A stretch of DNA of 64,000 nt from an uncultured Bacilli bacterium (GTDB taxonomy: Bacteria > Bacillota_I > Bacilli_A > RF39 > UBA660). Below are positions 38,940 to 48,504 of this stretch, in pieces; within the stretch, counting starts at the first letter, position 1; the number at the start of each line of letters is the position of its first letter. Below the pieces are notes generated by a model, which made no database searches, was not told the origin of the DNA, and saw nothing but the letters and a program-made list of their open reading frames with translations. The position numbers and the translations under genes are program-made. The stretch lies in NCBI GenBank assembly GCA_934101625.1, contig CAKORV010000001.1:66121-130120 (forward strand). The letters are read 5' to 3'.

Positions 38940-39377
38940 TTAAAGAAATTCCTTTAAGAGTTCTATTTGTTTTTCTCCAAATTTTTGTATATCTAATGCT
39001 AACTTAATAATATCTTTACTACTTTCTTTCTTATAGTTTTTAACCTTAGCCTCTATATCAATATTTCCCATAGTAAATCCTCTTATAAGAATACTAGCTA
39101 TTTTAGAATCACTATTATCTTTACTTACTTCAACCTTCATAGCGCTCGTACTTGTAATACTAGCAAATATCTTACTATGTTTAGATTTAATCTTAAGTTT
39201 TTTCATTACTTTTTTAACTTCTTTGAAATAATATTCATATCTTTGTAATTCTTCTTCTAATATAAACTTAATTTTATTATCTTTATCTTTTAATAACTTC
39301 AAAAGTTCTTTAGTACTATTAACTCCCATATTAGTATTATCATATAAAAGTAGTATTAATTCATTATTTTCATTCAT
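38940..39377 (-). CDS. hypothetical helical cytoplasmic protein
   Basis: Start MNENNEL after GGTGAT. Lys/Glu-rich, no motif recognised. Confidence 0.4.
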   Translation of the reverse strand: MNENNELILLLYDNTNMGVNSTKELLKLLKDKDNKIKFILEEELQRYEYYFKEVKKVMKKLKIKSKHSKIFASITSTSAMKVEVSKDNSDSKIASILIRGFTMGNIDIEAKVKNYKKESSKDIIKLALDIQKFGEKQIELLKEFL

Positions 39378-39420
39378 ATTTATCACCATTTATATTATGA
39401 GCATAATGATTAAATATATT

Positions 39421-39807
39421 CTATAAAGTTATTATTTGTTTAGGTAAATATTTTTTAGTTAAGCTATTTTCTAATTCATCTAATTTTTCTAATCTTCTAA
39501 AGTCTCTAATTAATTCTTTTATTTCAAATAATTGTTCCTTAGTAGGATGATGTTTTCCCTTACTTATCTCAATTAACTTACTATTAATTTGATAGTATAT
39601 TTCATAATAATTCATTTCTATATAATTAAGTAACTTATGTGCTTCATTGGTTAAAACAGCGCCATTATCAATAGAGTTACTTCCTCCATATTCCTTTTTT
39701 ATACAATGATGAAAAGTGAATCTACTATCTTTAGTTAAAGGAAAACCCATAAAACATGTATCTGTTAATTCATAAATTCTTACCATTCTACTTGTCCTAT
39801 GTTTCAT
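39421..39807 (-). CDS. small HNH-nuclease-family protein
   Basis: FTFHHCIKKEYGGSNSIDNGAVLTNEAHKLLN fits the H-N-H spacing. Confidence 0.55.
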   Translation of the reverse strand: MKHRTSRMVRIYELTDTCFMGFPLTKDSRFTFHHCIKKEYGGSNSIDNGAVLTNEAHKLLNYIEMNYYEIYYQINSKLIEISKGKHHPTKEQLFEIKELIRDFRRLEKLDELENSLTKKYLPKQIITL

Positions 39808-39890
39808 AAAACCACCTACTAATATTGTATCAAAAATCCATTGATTTGTGTACTTACAAATGATAAAATTTAATTAGTGGTGCGTGAGTT

Positions 39891-40298
39891 ATGAAACTAT
39901 ATAGAAATGTTTATAAATTATCTTCTTTTATGTTTACTATATTAACAATAATAGAAATAATAATATACTTATTAAATGAAACTAATTATTATGGTTTATA
40001 CTATATACTAATAAGTTTATTAATAATAATTATATTAAATATAAAAGTAAATAAAAAAACTAAATTAAATAAAAGTTTATTTATACTTGTACTACAAATA
40101 TTTAACTCATACTTTTTATTTAATATTTTAACTAAATCTTATAAATACATAGACTATTCATCAAAATATATAAGTAATATTTTTGTTACTAGTAAAATAA
40201 TAAAACCAATATTAGTGACAATATTAGTTTTAACTAGTTTCCTAGATCTTTATAAGATTAATATTACTAACTATAAAATCAATAAACATAATAAGTAA
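39891..40298 (+). CDS. small membrane protein, hypothetical
   Basis: Four hydrophobic spans. Its 3-prime end overlaps the convergent gene. Confidence 0.3.
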   Translation: MKLYRNVYKLSSFMFTILTIIEIIIYLLNETNYYGLYYILISLLIIIILNIKVNKKTKLNKSLFILVLQIFNSYFLFNILTKSYKYIDYSSKYISNIFVTSKIIKPILVTILVLTSFLDLYKINITNYKINKHNK

Positions 40299-40787
40299 AA
40301 TTACTAAAGTTATATACTTTGGTATTTTTTTAGACCATTTATCACTTATAGGTTTAAAATATTTATAAATAAGTATCATACCAATACTCCAAAATATAGA
40401 TACTTCTAAACTAATATATTTATTTAAACTTAATGGTAATTTAGAATAATTCCATAAATCTTTATGGTAAAGTAATTGTATTAATTCTCCACCAATAAGT
40501 TCCATAAAAGTTAAAATAACAAAAGAACTTAAAAACATAATTAAATATTTTTTCCATTCTGGTTTAATAAATCTAAACTTATCAAATAAACTAAACATTA
40601 AAAGTATACAAATTCCATAAATAGGAGTATAAGGTCCATACATAAATCCACTTTTTAAAGGATTACTAAATAATAAACAAACCAATAATTCAAATACATA
40701 TCCTAATACAGAATATATTATAAAACTATTAAAAATAACCATAATTTCACCATCTATAGTATGTGAAAGATTTATGGAATTATTCAT
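40242..40787 (-). CDS. CmpB/DUF1113-like membrane protein (putative ABC-transporter type IV family)
   Basis: IYSVLGYVFELLV...SGFMYGPYTPIYG resembles the motif in the 56765..57406 product. Confidence 0.45.
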   Translation of the reverse strand: MNNSINLSHTIDGEIMVIFNSFIIYSVLGYVFELLVCLLFSNPLKSGFMYGPYTPIYGICILLMFSLFDKFRFIKPEWKKYLIMFLSSFVILTFMELIGGELIQLLYHKDLWNYSKLPLSLNKYISLEVSIFWSIGMILIYKYFKPISDKWSKKIPKYITLVILLIMFIDFIVSNINLIKI

Positions 40788-40840
40788 AAACTATTGTGTT
40801 TTATGTGAATTTATTATAAAATTACTACAGGAGGGTACAT

Positions 40841-41281
40841 ATGAAGAAGTTTTTATCAAAATATGGAGTAGTAATAGGAATAGTACTTTTATTAGGATTA
40901 TTCATAGGATTAAGTGTATTAATTAAAGAAGATCCAGTAAAAGAAATGAGTTCAGATATACAAAACTGGCTTACTGATACTGCTAGTGATGAATATGTTG
41001 TAACTGTAATTGCGCAAACAACATGTGGTCATTGTATTAACTTTAAACCGGTTATGACAAAAGCACATAATAAAAATGATTTTAAATTATATTGGTTTGA
41101 AGCTGATGAATTATCTACTAATGATTATAATACTTTAAAAGGTACTTATGAATTAGATGAATATTCAGGAACTCCATATACATTTATCACTAAGAATGGT
41201 GAAGTATTGGATCACATTTCTGGTGAGAGAGAATATGATGTTCTAATAGATTTCTTAAAAGAAAATAATGTTATTAAATAA
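40841..41281 (+). CDS. membrane-anchored thioredoxin-family protein
   Basis: N-terminal TM and CxxC TCGHC. AGGAGGG RBS. Confidence 0.6.
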   Translation: MKKFLSKYGVVIGIVLLLGLFIGLSVLIKEDPVKEMSSDIQNWLTDTASDEYVVTVIAQTTCGHCINFKPVMTKAHNKNDFKLYWFEADELSTNDYNTLKGTYELDEYSGTPYTFITKNGEVLDHISGEREYDVLIDFLKENNVIK

Positions 41282-41320
41282 GTTAATGATTTTCATTAAC
41301 TTATTTCTTTAGGTGGTACT

Positions 41321-42373
41321 ATGAAAAATATAAAATATATATTTAATTTAATAATAATTATAGTTTTAATAAAATACTTTACTGGTAATTACAATATTAG
41401 TTATACTATAAATGGTTATAAAGTAAATGAAAGAGTAAAAGATAACTACACATACGTAGATGTTAATGTAGATAAGTATTCTTATAGTTTTAAATATAAT
41501 TTAAAAAGAAATTTAAACAAAAAAAGAGTAAAAGAAATAAAAGTATTAGAAAAAGATAATGCTACATGTATAAAACCTATAATAAAAGGATTTACTACAA
41601 ATTATATATGTAAAAAAGATAATGAATTAATGACAGAAAATACTTTAAATAATTTAGAAGAAACTAAATTTAATGAAGATATAAAATATAATAAATATCT
41701 AGATAATAATGAATATCTATATATATGGAAATATGATGGTTTTTACACATTTAATAATGAAATGAGTACATTGAATTTACTAAGTACTGATAGATATTCT
41801 AATGACTTAATGTATACTTTTGATAAATATTTACTAATGCCAGTATATGATAAAGAGTATATGTTTAGTAATTTCTATCTAATAGATATGGAAACAGGTA
41901 AACATAAAACAATTAAAACTAACTTATCTATACACTATGATAGTTATTATGCAGGTACTCATAAAAATAAAATATATCTATTTGATAACAAAAGTAATAA
42001 ACTATATGAAATAAACTATAAAAAATTAACTATTAAATCCATAGGAGATGAATTTAAAGGTTATATTAAATATGAAAATAATAGAAAGAAAACAGCAAAA
42101 CTAAGTGAATATACTAAAGATAAAATTACTTACTTTGAAACTAAAGAAGAATTAATTAAGGTAAATAAAAATAAATTTAGTTATGATAATAAAACATGGA
42201 TTAAATACTTTAATGAAGAAGATATAAAAGTAATAAAAGTATATGATGACTCAATATACTTTGTATATGAAGATAATTTATATAAATATTCTAATTCTAA
42301 AGTAAATCTAATAATACATTATTTTGAATATAACTTTAATAAAAATGATATAACTTATATATATAATAAATAA
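41321..42373 (+). CDS. membrane-anchored hypothetical protein
   Basis: One N-terminal TM. Asn/Lys/Tyr-rich extracytoplasmic domain. Confidence 0.35.
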   Translation: MKNIKYIFNLIIIIVLIKYFTGNYNISYTINGYKVNERVKDNYTYVDVNVDKYSYSFKYNLKRNLNKKRVKEIKVLEKDNATCIKPIIKGFTTNYICKKDNELMTENTLNNLEETKFNEDIKYNKYLDNNEYLYIWKYDGFYTFNNEMSTLNLLSTDRYSNDLMYTFDKYLLMPVYDKEYMFSNFYLIDMETGKHKTIKTNLSIHYDSYYAGTHKNKIYLFDNKSNKLYEINYKKLTIKSIGDEFKGYIKYENNRKKTAKLSEYTKDKITYFETKEELIKVNKNKFSYDNKTWIKYFNEEDIKVIKVYDDSIYFVYEDNLYKYSNSKVNLIIHYFEYNFNKNDITYIYNK

Positions 42374-42405
42374 TACATTTAGGTAAATCAGAAGGAGATG
42401 AAAAA

Positions 42406-43257
42406 ATGATTAAAGGAAAACCATTTGTAAAATGGGCAGGAGGGAAAAGACAGATAATAGATAAATTAAAACAATATGTACCTGAAAATTTTGATACTTA
42501 TTATGAACCATTTGTAGGTGGTGGTGCATTACTTTTTGAACTTTCACCTAAAAAGGCTGTAATTAATGATTCGAATAAAGAACTTATGAATGTATATGAA
42601 TGCATTAAAGATGAGAGAAAGTTTGAATTAATGTGTAGAGAATTAAATCATCATGAAACTGAACATTCAGAAGAATACTATTATGAAATTAGAAACATTG
42701 ATAGAGATAAAAAGAGATTTAATAAATTAACAGATTATAAAAGAGCTGCGAGAACTATTTATTTAAATAAAGCATGTTTTAATGGGTTATACAGAGTTAA
42801 TAGTAAAAATGAATTTAATGTACCATTTGGTAAAAAAACTAAAGTAAATACTTATGAAGGACAAAATTTAGGTATTATATGTGGTTATTTAAATTATAAT
42901 GATATTAAGATATTATCAGTTGATTTTGAAGAGTCTGTAAAAGATGCTAAAAAAGGAGACTTTATTTATTTTGATCCACCATATGATTCTGATACATCTA
43001 CATTTAATAGTTATACTGAAGAAGGCTTTGGAAAAAATGAACAAAGAAGACTAGCTAAAGTTTTTAAAGAACTATCAGATAGAGGTTGTTATGTAATGCT
43101 TTCTAACCATAATACAATATTAGTAAATGAATTATATAAAGATTTTAATATTCATTTAATTGAAGCAAAAAGAAACATTAATTCAAATGGAAAGAAAAGA
43201 GGTAAAGTAGAAGAGGTTATTATTACAAACTATGAAAATAAAAAAGGTTTTGAGTAA
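42406..43257 (+). CDS. dam: Dam-type DNA adenine methyltransferase (D12 class N6-MTase)
   Basis: KWAGGKRQI, FVGGGALLFEL (AdoMet binding) and the DPPY catalytic motif. Confidence 0.9.
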   Translation: MIKGKPFVKWAGGKRQIIDKLKQYVPENFDTYYEPFVGGGALLFELSPKKAVINDSNKELMNVYECIKDERKFELMCRELNHHETEHSEEYYYEIRNIDRDKKRFNKLTDYKRAARTIYLNKACFNGLYRVNSKNEFNVPFGKKTKVNTYEGQNLGIICGYLNYNDIKILSVDFEESVKDAKKGDFIYFDPPYDSDTSTFNSYTEEGFGKNEQRRLAKVFKELSDRGCYVMLSNHNTILVNELYKDFNIHLIEAKRNINSNGKKRGKVEEVIITNYENKKGFE

Positions 43258-43300
43258 TAACATATTTAGGTAAATATCATATATTATGATAGGTGATAAA

Positions 43301-43624
43301 ATGAATGATTTTAGGAAAGTATTAGATACACCATATTATACTTATTATACTGTTGAACAAGGAGATACGTTATATCAAATAAGTAGAAAATTTAATGTTA
43401 ATCCTAAATTAGTCGCGGAATTAAATGGACTTAAATTAGATGAATATATATACCCTAAACAAACACTTATAATACCTAAAAAAGGAATACAATACTATAT
43501 AACAAAAGATGATGATACACTAAAAACAGTATCAAACATATTTAATGCTAAAGAAACAGATATAGTAAATCAAAATAAAAGTATATACTTACTACCAGGA
43601 CAAATGATATTTTATAGAGAGTAA
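43301..43624 (+). CDS. LysM-domain protein (two LysM repeats)
   Basis: YTVEQGDTLYQISRKFNVNPKLVAELNGL and YITKDDDTLKTVSNIF. ATG after AGGTGAT. Confidence 0.75.
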   Translation: MNDFRKVLDTPYYTYYTVEQGDTLYQISRKFNVNPKLVAELNGLKLDEYIYPKQTLIIPKKGIQYYITKDDDTLKTVSNIFNAKETDIVNQNKSIYLLPGQMIFYRE

Positions 43625-43681
43625 ATTATTGTAATTTATTCTTTTTTCTTGTATAATGAATTTAGAATAGGAAGGGTACTT

Positions 43682-45286
43682 ATGATAATAAAAAAACCTT
43701 ATGCTTTTATGATAAAGCATTTTAGATTAATACATCTAATATTAGTAGTATTACTATCATTTCTAGCATATAAAACTAATGCTATATTTACATTCTTTAG
43801 TGATTATGCTAAAAATGGTTACTATTCATATACTAATAATTTAGTATCTTCATACATAAATCTATATATGTTTATTGGTATAATATTGATAATACTTGTA
43901 TCTAGTTTTATGTACTTACTAATGAGATGGAAAAAGAAAAGTAGAACCTTCTATATATCTTTAATAGGATATTACTTAGTATTATTCTTTGGACTATTAT
44001 TTTATTTTAACTTATTTAATACAATACTAAACAAAACACTAGATATAAAAACAGTAAGAGTATATAGAGATATAATTGCTTTATTATACTTTCCTCAATT
44101 CTTTTTCTTAATATATTCTATAATACGTGCGATTGGATTTGATATAAAGAAATTTGACTTTAAAAAAGATTTAGAAGACTTAGATATAAGTGAAGAAGAT
44201 GCTGAAGAAGTAGAAATAACATTTGGACAAAATGCATATAAATATAAAAGAAAAGCTAGAAGAACATTTAGAGAATTTAAATACTATGTATTAGAAAATA
44301 AATTTTTCTTTAGTATAATATGTGGAGGAGCATCTCTAGTATTAATATTAATGATATTTATAGGAATAAATAGAAGACAAAACTATAAAGAAAGTCAATT
44401 CTTTAATGTAAATGGTGTAGTATTTAAAGTAAAAGAAAGTTATTTATCTAGTATAGATTATAAAGGTAACTTAATAAATGAAGAAAAAAAATATGTAATA
44501 ATAAAAGTATCTATGGAAAATACTAATATAGGTAAAGTAAACTTAGATGCTAAGACATTACAATTAGTATTAGGAAGTGAATATTATTATCCAACATATT
44601 CTAAAAATGATTACTTTATAGATTTAGGAGAAGGATATAATAGAAATACATTATATTCTGGTGATATAAGAGAATATTTATTAATATATGAAGTACCATA
44701 TAATAGTAATTTTAAAGATCCTGTATTTAGAATGATAGGTAGTGTAAATGTAGTAAAAGGTGAAATACAGGCTAGTACAATGAATGTTAAATTAAAACCT
44801 AAAGAATATATTACAATATCTAAAAGTGAAGCATATTCTGTAGGAGAAGCAGTTGATTTAACTAATTCTACTTTAGGTAATAGTGAATTTATGATAAAAA
44901 GTTATCAAATAGGAGATCAATTTGAAGAAAACTATGACTATTGTCTAACTGAATGTTATAAAGGTAAAAAAATAATAGTACCTGATACATTAGGTAAATA
45001 TAGTAGAACATTAATTAAATTAGAAGTAGAAACTAGTATAGATGAAGATCTTTATATAAATAGATATATAACAAATAATTCTAACTTTATAAGTATATTT
45101 GGTAAAGTAATATATAAAGTAAATGGAATAGATACAATAGAAACATTTAAAGTAAAAGATTTAGGTAAAATAGATACTAAAAATGTATACTTAGAAATAA
45201 ATGATGAAATAAAAAATGCTACTCAAATAAAACTAATAATGAGTATAAGAGATAAAAAATATACTATAAATCTAAAAAACTCGTAA
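43682..45286 (+). CDS. polytopic membrane protein with large C-terminal extracytoplasmic domain, hypothetical
   Basis: Five to six TMs followed by about 300 aa of soluble domain. The upstream part of the track ORF overlaps a TATAAT box, so the later ATG was chosen. Confidence 0.4.
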   Translation: MIIKKPYAFMIKHFRLIHLILVVLLSFLAYKTNAIFTFFSDYAKNGYYSYTNNLVSSYINLYMFIGIILIILVSSFMYLLMRWKKKSRTFYISLIGYYLVLFFGLLFYFNLFNTILNKTLDIKTVRVYRDIIALLYFPQFFFLIYSIIRAIGFDIKKFDFKKDLEDLDISEEDAEEVEITFGQNAYKYKRKARRTFREFKYYVLENKFFFSIICGGASLVLILMIFIGINRRQNYKESQFFNVNGVVFKVKESYLSSIDYKGNLINEEKKYVIIKVSMENTNIGKVNLDAKTLQLVLGSEYYYPTYSKNDYFIDLGEGYNRNTLYSGDIREYLLIYEVPYNSNFKDPVFRMIGSVNVVKGEIQASTMNVKLKPKEYITISKSEAYSVGEAVDLTNSTLGNSEFMIKSYQIGDQFEENYDYCLTECYKGKKIIVPDTLGKYSRTLIKLEVETSIDEDLYINRYITNNSNFISIFGKVIYKVNGIDTIETFKVKDLGKIDTKNVYLEINDEIKNATQIKLIMSIRDKKYTINLKNS

Positions 45287-45338
45287 TTTTCTCTTTTCAA
45301 GTAACATATAATTTGATATAATGTTGTTACTTGGAAAT

Positions 45339-45413
45339 GGTTCCGTAGCCAAGAGGCTAAGGCATCGGACTGCAACTCCGCGATCGTCGGTTCGACTCCG
45401 ACCGGAACCTCCA
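45339..45413 (+). tRNA. tRNA-Cys: tRNA-Cys (anticodon GCA)
   Basis: Hand-folded cloverleaf. Acceptor GGTTCCG/CGGAACC, anticodon loop CTGCAAC, T-arm GTCGG-TTCGACT-CCGAC, U73 discriminator (a CysRS identity element), encoded CCA. Confidence 0.9.
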
Positions 45414-45503
45414 AATAGTAATGAAACCCTTTGTTTTAAGGGCTTTTTATTTATAATCTAAGTTTATGTATAGTTAGTGGTTGATTTTTGGACTGAAAAA
45501 GTA

Positions 45504-45533
45504 TTGCATGACTATTATAAAAAATGGTATAAT
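45504..45533 (+). promoter_or_regulatory. sigma-70-type promoter (TTGCAT, 18 nt, TGgTATAAT)
   Basis: TTGCAT 45504-45509 and extended -10 TGGTATAAT ending at 45533. Confidence 0.5.
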
Positions 45534-45591
45534 TAAGTTACTTTAGATTGTTGCAGGTGTATTTATACACTTGGTAGAAGTTTTTCGAAAG

Positions 45592-45613
45592 GAAGAGCAT
45601 TGCTCTTCTTTTT
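45592..45613 (+). terminator. rho-independent terminator closing a ~75-nt transcript
   Basis: GAAGAGCA / TGCTCTTC stem followed by TTTTT. Confidence 0.55.
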
Positions 45614-45723
45614 GCTTTTATTTAGTTCTTTTTAATCATTTACATTCTTTAATTCCAACACAAACTATATAATTTGCTTTAATTATTAAAGTATGTTACA
45701 CTTATTACAGGAAAGGTGATTAA

Positions 45724-46608
45724 ATGACATTAGTTATAATGGCCGCTGGAATGGGAAGTAGATTTGGTGGATTAAAACAAATTGAACCAGTAGGACCTAA
45801 TAATGAATTTATAATAGACTACTCTATATATGATGCTAAAAGAGCAGGTTTTAATAAAGTAGTATTTATTATAAAAGAAGAAAACTATGAAATATTTAAA
45901 GATACTATTGGTAAAAGAGTAGATAAATACATAGATGTAGAATATGTATTTCAAAAAAATGATAATGTACCAGTAGTAATCCCAGAAGAAAGGACTAAAC
46001 CACTTGGTACTGCACATGCCATATTATGTTGTAAAGACATAATTAAAGAAAACTTTGCAATAATAAATGCAGATGATTTCTATGGTTATGATGCTTACAA
46101 AAAAGTAGGAGAATTCTTAGAAAACAATACTAATCCAGATGAATATGCATTAATTGGTTACAATGTACTAGAAACAATGACTAACTTTGGTTCTGTCAAA
46201 AGAGGAATATGCGAAATAAATAATGGTTATCTAACTAAATTAACAGAAAGTATAATAGATAAAGATAATGATAAGTTAGTAGGTAAAACATTAGATAGTA
46301 ATAGTGATATAGAAGTAAATAATAATACTATAGTATCTATGAATATGTTTGGATTTACTCCTAAAGTATTTGAATATCTAGAAAAAGGATTTAAAGAATA
46401 CTTAGATACACATGATTTATTAAAAGGAGAATATCTAGTACCTATCGCAGTAAATGAATTCTTAGAAAAAGGATTAATAGATGTAAAAGTAATAAATACA
46501 ACTGCTAAATGGTATGGAGTAACATATAAAGAAGATTTAGATTTATTAAAAAGAGAATTAAATGAACTAATAAATAATGGAATTTATCCTAAAAACTTAT
46601 GGGACTAG
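45724..46608 (+). CDS. sugar-phosphate nucleotidyltransferase
   Basis: N-terminal VIMAAGMGSRFGGLKQ nucleotide-binding motif. NTP_transferase-like fold length. Confidence 0.7.
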   Translation: MTLVIMAAGMGSRFGGLKQIEPVGPNNEFIIDYSIYDAKRAGFNKVVFIIKEENYEIFKDTIGKRVDKYIDVEYVFQKNDNVPVVIPEERTKPLGTAHAILCCKDIIKENFAIINADDFYGYDAYKKVGEFLENNTNPDEYALIGYNVLETMTNFGSVKRGICEINNGYLTKLTESIIDKDNDKLVGKTLDSNSDIEVNNNTIVSMNMFGFTPKVFEYLEKGFKEYLDTHDLLKGEYLVPIAVNEFLEKGLIDVKVINTTAKWYGVTYKEDLDLLKRELNELINNGIYPKNLWD

Positions 46609-46640
46609 TATTGTATAAAATTAAATAATTTGATAAAATA

Positions 46641-46668
46641 AAACTATGAAAATAAATTCATAGTTTTT
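46641..46668 (+). terminator. rho-independent terminator
   Basis: 10-bp stem AAACTATGAA / TTCATAGTTT, 6-nt loop, T-run. Confidence 0.8.
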
Positions 46669-46683
46669 ATAATAGGTGATAAT

Positions 46684-48495
46684 ATGAATAAAGAAAAGAA
46701 ATATATAATATTTGGTATAGTAATGATAGTAGTATTACTTATAGGTTTTACATATGCGTTTTATCAAAGTGAAATGAATAGTAATAAATCTAAAGTAACT
46801 GTAGATACAGATGATATGAGAATTATATTTACTAATGGAGATGCAATAGAAGCAAGTGATGTATATGCAGAAGATAATTTAGATATAGTTAAGTCTTTTA
46901 GTGTAGAGAATAAAACAAGTAAAGAATATAAATATAATATTGTATTTGAAGACTTAGTAAATACATTTAAGACAACTGGTTATTTAGTTTATAAGATAAC
47001 TAGTACAGATGGTGGATACAACATGACTGATTTCATAGACATACCTAAATCATTAACTGCAACTAATACAGTACTAGCATATAGTGTAACTATACCAGCA
47101 AAATCAATACAAAATTATTCAATAGAAATAAAATACATAAATAGTGAAACAGAAAATCAAGATGATGATCAAGGAGCAAAACTAAGTGGTAAATTATATA
47201 TAAGTAAGGGTACAATACAATCTTATAAATTGACAGACGCTATATTAAGAGATAACCCAACAATAGAAGAAAGAACAGACTTTAGTGTAACAAATGTAGC
47301 CAATACAACAGGAACAATATATAAAACAAATAAAACAGAAGATGGAAGTGATGTATATTATTATTCAGGGAATACCACTAATAACTGGGTAAAGTTTGGT
47401 AAAGAAACAGTACAAGAATGTACATATAATGGAGAACAAGTTCAATATGGAATTTATAATGATGAAACAAGTTATTATAAGGAAGTAAGAAAGGTTGCAT
47501 CAAGTGAAGAATGTGTTTCAACTAATGTTTGTTCAGATGACTCTTATGGACCAATAATTGGATTAACAGAAGAACAATGTACAAACAATAATGGTATTGC
47601 TGGTACTTGGACAACAGATAAGGCAACTGCTGGTAGTAAAGTAGAAAAGGATATATATTGGAGAATAATTCATACAAATGAAGATAAAAGTGTAAGACTA
47701 TTATATTCAGGATTTGATCCAGCAACTACAAAAGGGTATATAGGTGGCTCCGCATTTAATTTAAGTTATAATGATCCAATGTATGTAGGATATATGTATG
47801 GAACAAGTGGTTCTTTAGATAGTAATAGAACCAATACAAATGATAGCACTATAAAAACATTTATAGATAATTGGTATGAAGATACATTACTAACTAATTA
47901 TGATAAATACATAAGTAAAACTGCAATATATTGTAATGATAGAAGTGTTCCAAATAATAATTATTCTACATCAAGTAATTTTGATTATGGTGCTTGGACA
48001 AGATTAAGTAATTCTACACCGACATATAAATGTGGAGGAACTGGTACCGAAACAGATAATGATAATACTGGTGGTAGTACTAAATCAATGGATACTTCAA
48101 CAAATCCAGATATGTTTTCTTCAAGTGTTACAGGTACAGGAGGAAATGGACAATTAAAATATCCGATTGCAATGATGACAGCAGATGAACTTGCTTTCGC
48201 AGGTGGAAAAATGTGGACAACTTTAAGTAGTCCATATGCTTGGTATGTTGCAAATAGTGAAGGTAATTTGATAAGCAATACTTTCTGGTGGTCTTTGTCT
48301 CCTAGTGACTGGGCTGGCCCTCGTGCTCGCGTGTGGGCTGTCGATGGTTCTGACACTCCTGGCGGCTTGGGCGGCGGCTACGTTCTGCTTGACTATGGGG
48401 TGCGCCCTTCAGTTTCCCTTGATTCATGTGTCAAAGTAACTGGTACTGGAACATCAACAGATCCTTACGTAGTGGATGAAACAAGTTGTAGTTAA
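46684..48495 (+). CDS. surface/secreted protein with N-terminal signal anchor and lectin-like C-terminal domain carrying the anomalous patch
   Basis: TasA/SipW-type-looking signal (LLIGFTYAFYQSE). C-terminal motif ADELAFAGG...FWWSLSPS...RVWAVDG...YGVRPSVSL, as in DUF1566/DUF6273-like domains. AGGTGAT RBS at 46674-46680. Confidence 0.7.
   Translation: MNKEKKYIIFGIVMIVVLLIGFTYAFYQSEMNSNKSKVTVDTDDMRIIFTNGDAIEASDVYAEDNLDIVKSFSVENKTSKEYKYNIVFEDLVNTFKTTGYLVYKITSTDGGYNMTDFIDIPKSLTATNTVLAYSVTIPAKSIQNYSIEIKYINSETENQDDDQGAKLSGKLYISKGTIQSYKLTDAILRDNPTIEERTDFSVTNVANTTGTIYKTNKTEDGSDVYYYSGNTTNNWVKFGKETVQECTYNGEQVQYGIYNDETSYYKEVRKVASSEECVSTNVCSDDSYGPIIGLTEEQCTNNNGIAGTWTTDKATAGSKVEKDIYWRIIHTNEDKSVRLLYSGFDPATTKGYIGGSAFNLSYNDPMYVGYMYGTSGSLDSNRTNTNDSTIKTFIDNWYEDTLLTNYDKYISKTAIYCNDRSVPNNNYSTSSNFDYGAWTRLSNSTPTYKCGGTGTETDNDNTGGSTKSMDTSTNPDMFSSSVTGTGGNGQLKYPIAMMTADELAFAGGKMWTTLSSPYAWYVANSEGNLISNTFWWSLSPSDWAGPRARVWAVDGSDTPGGLGGGYVLLDYGVRPSVSLDSCVKVTGTGTSTDPYVVDETSCS
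48281..48432 (+). other. adenine-depleted, GC-rich in-frame patch (candidate DGR variable region)
   Basis: Hand count over 152 nt: A 11, C 41, G 49, T 51 (59% G+C). The 60 nt upstream have 20 A. 48311-48340 contains no A at all. The anomaly itself is certain; the confidence value refers to the DGR interpretation. Confidence 0.45.
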
Positions 48496-48504
48496 ATAAA
48501 ATAT

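Noticed and set aside
45223-45414. 63-aa minus-strand ORF
   Set aside because: It overlaps tRNA-Cys (45339-45413) in antisense and is an artefact of the GC-rich tRNA sequence.
47985-48356. 123-aa minus-strand ORF in the supplied track
   Set aside because: It lies antisense inside the 603-aa surface-protein gene. It stays open only because the GC-rich, A-poor patch lacks stop codons on the opposite strand. It has no RBS and a Pro/Ala/Gly-rich nonsense-like composition.
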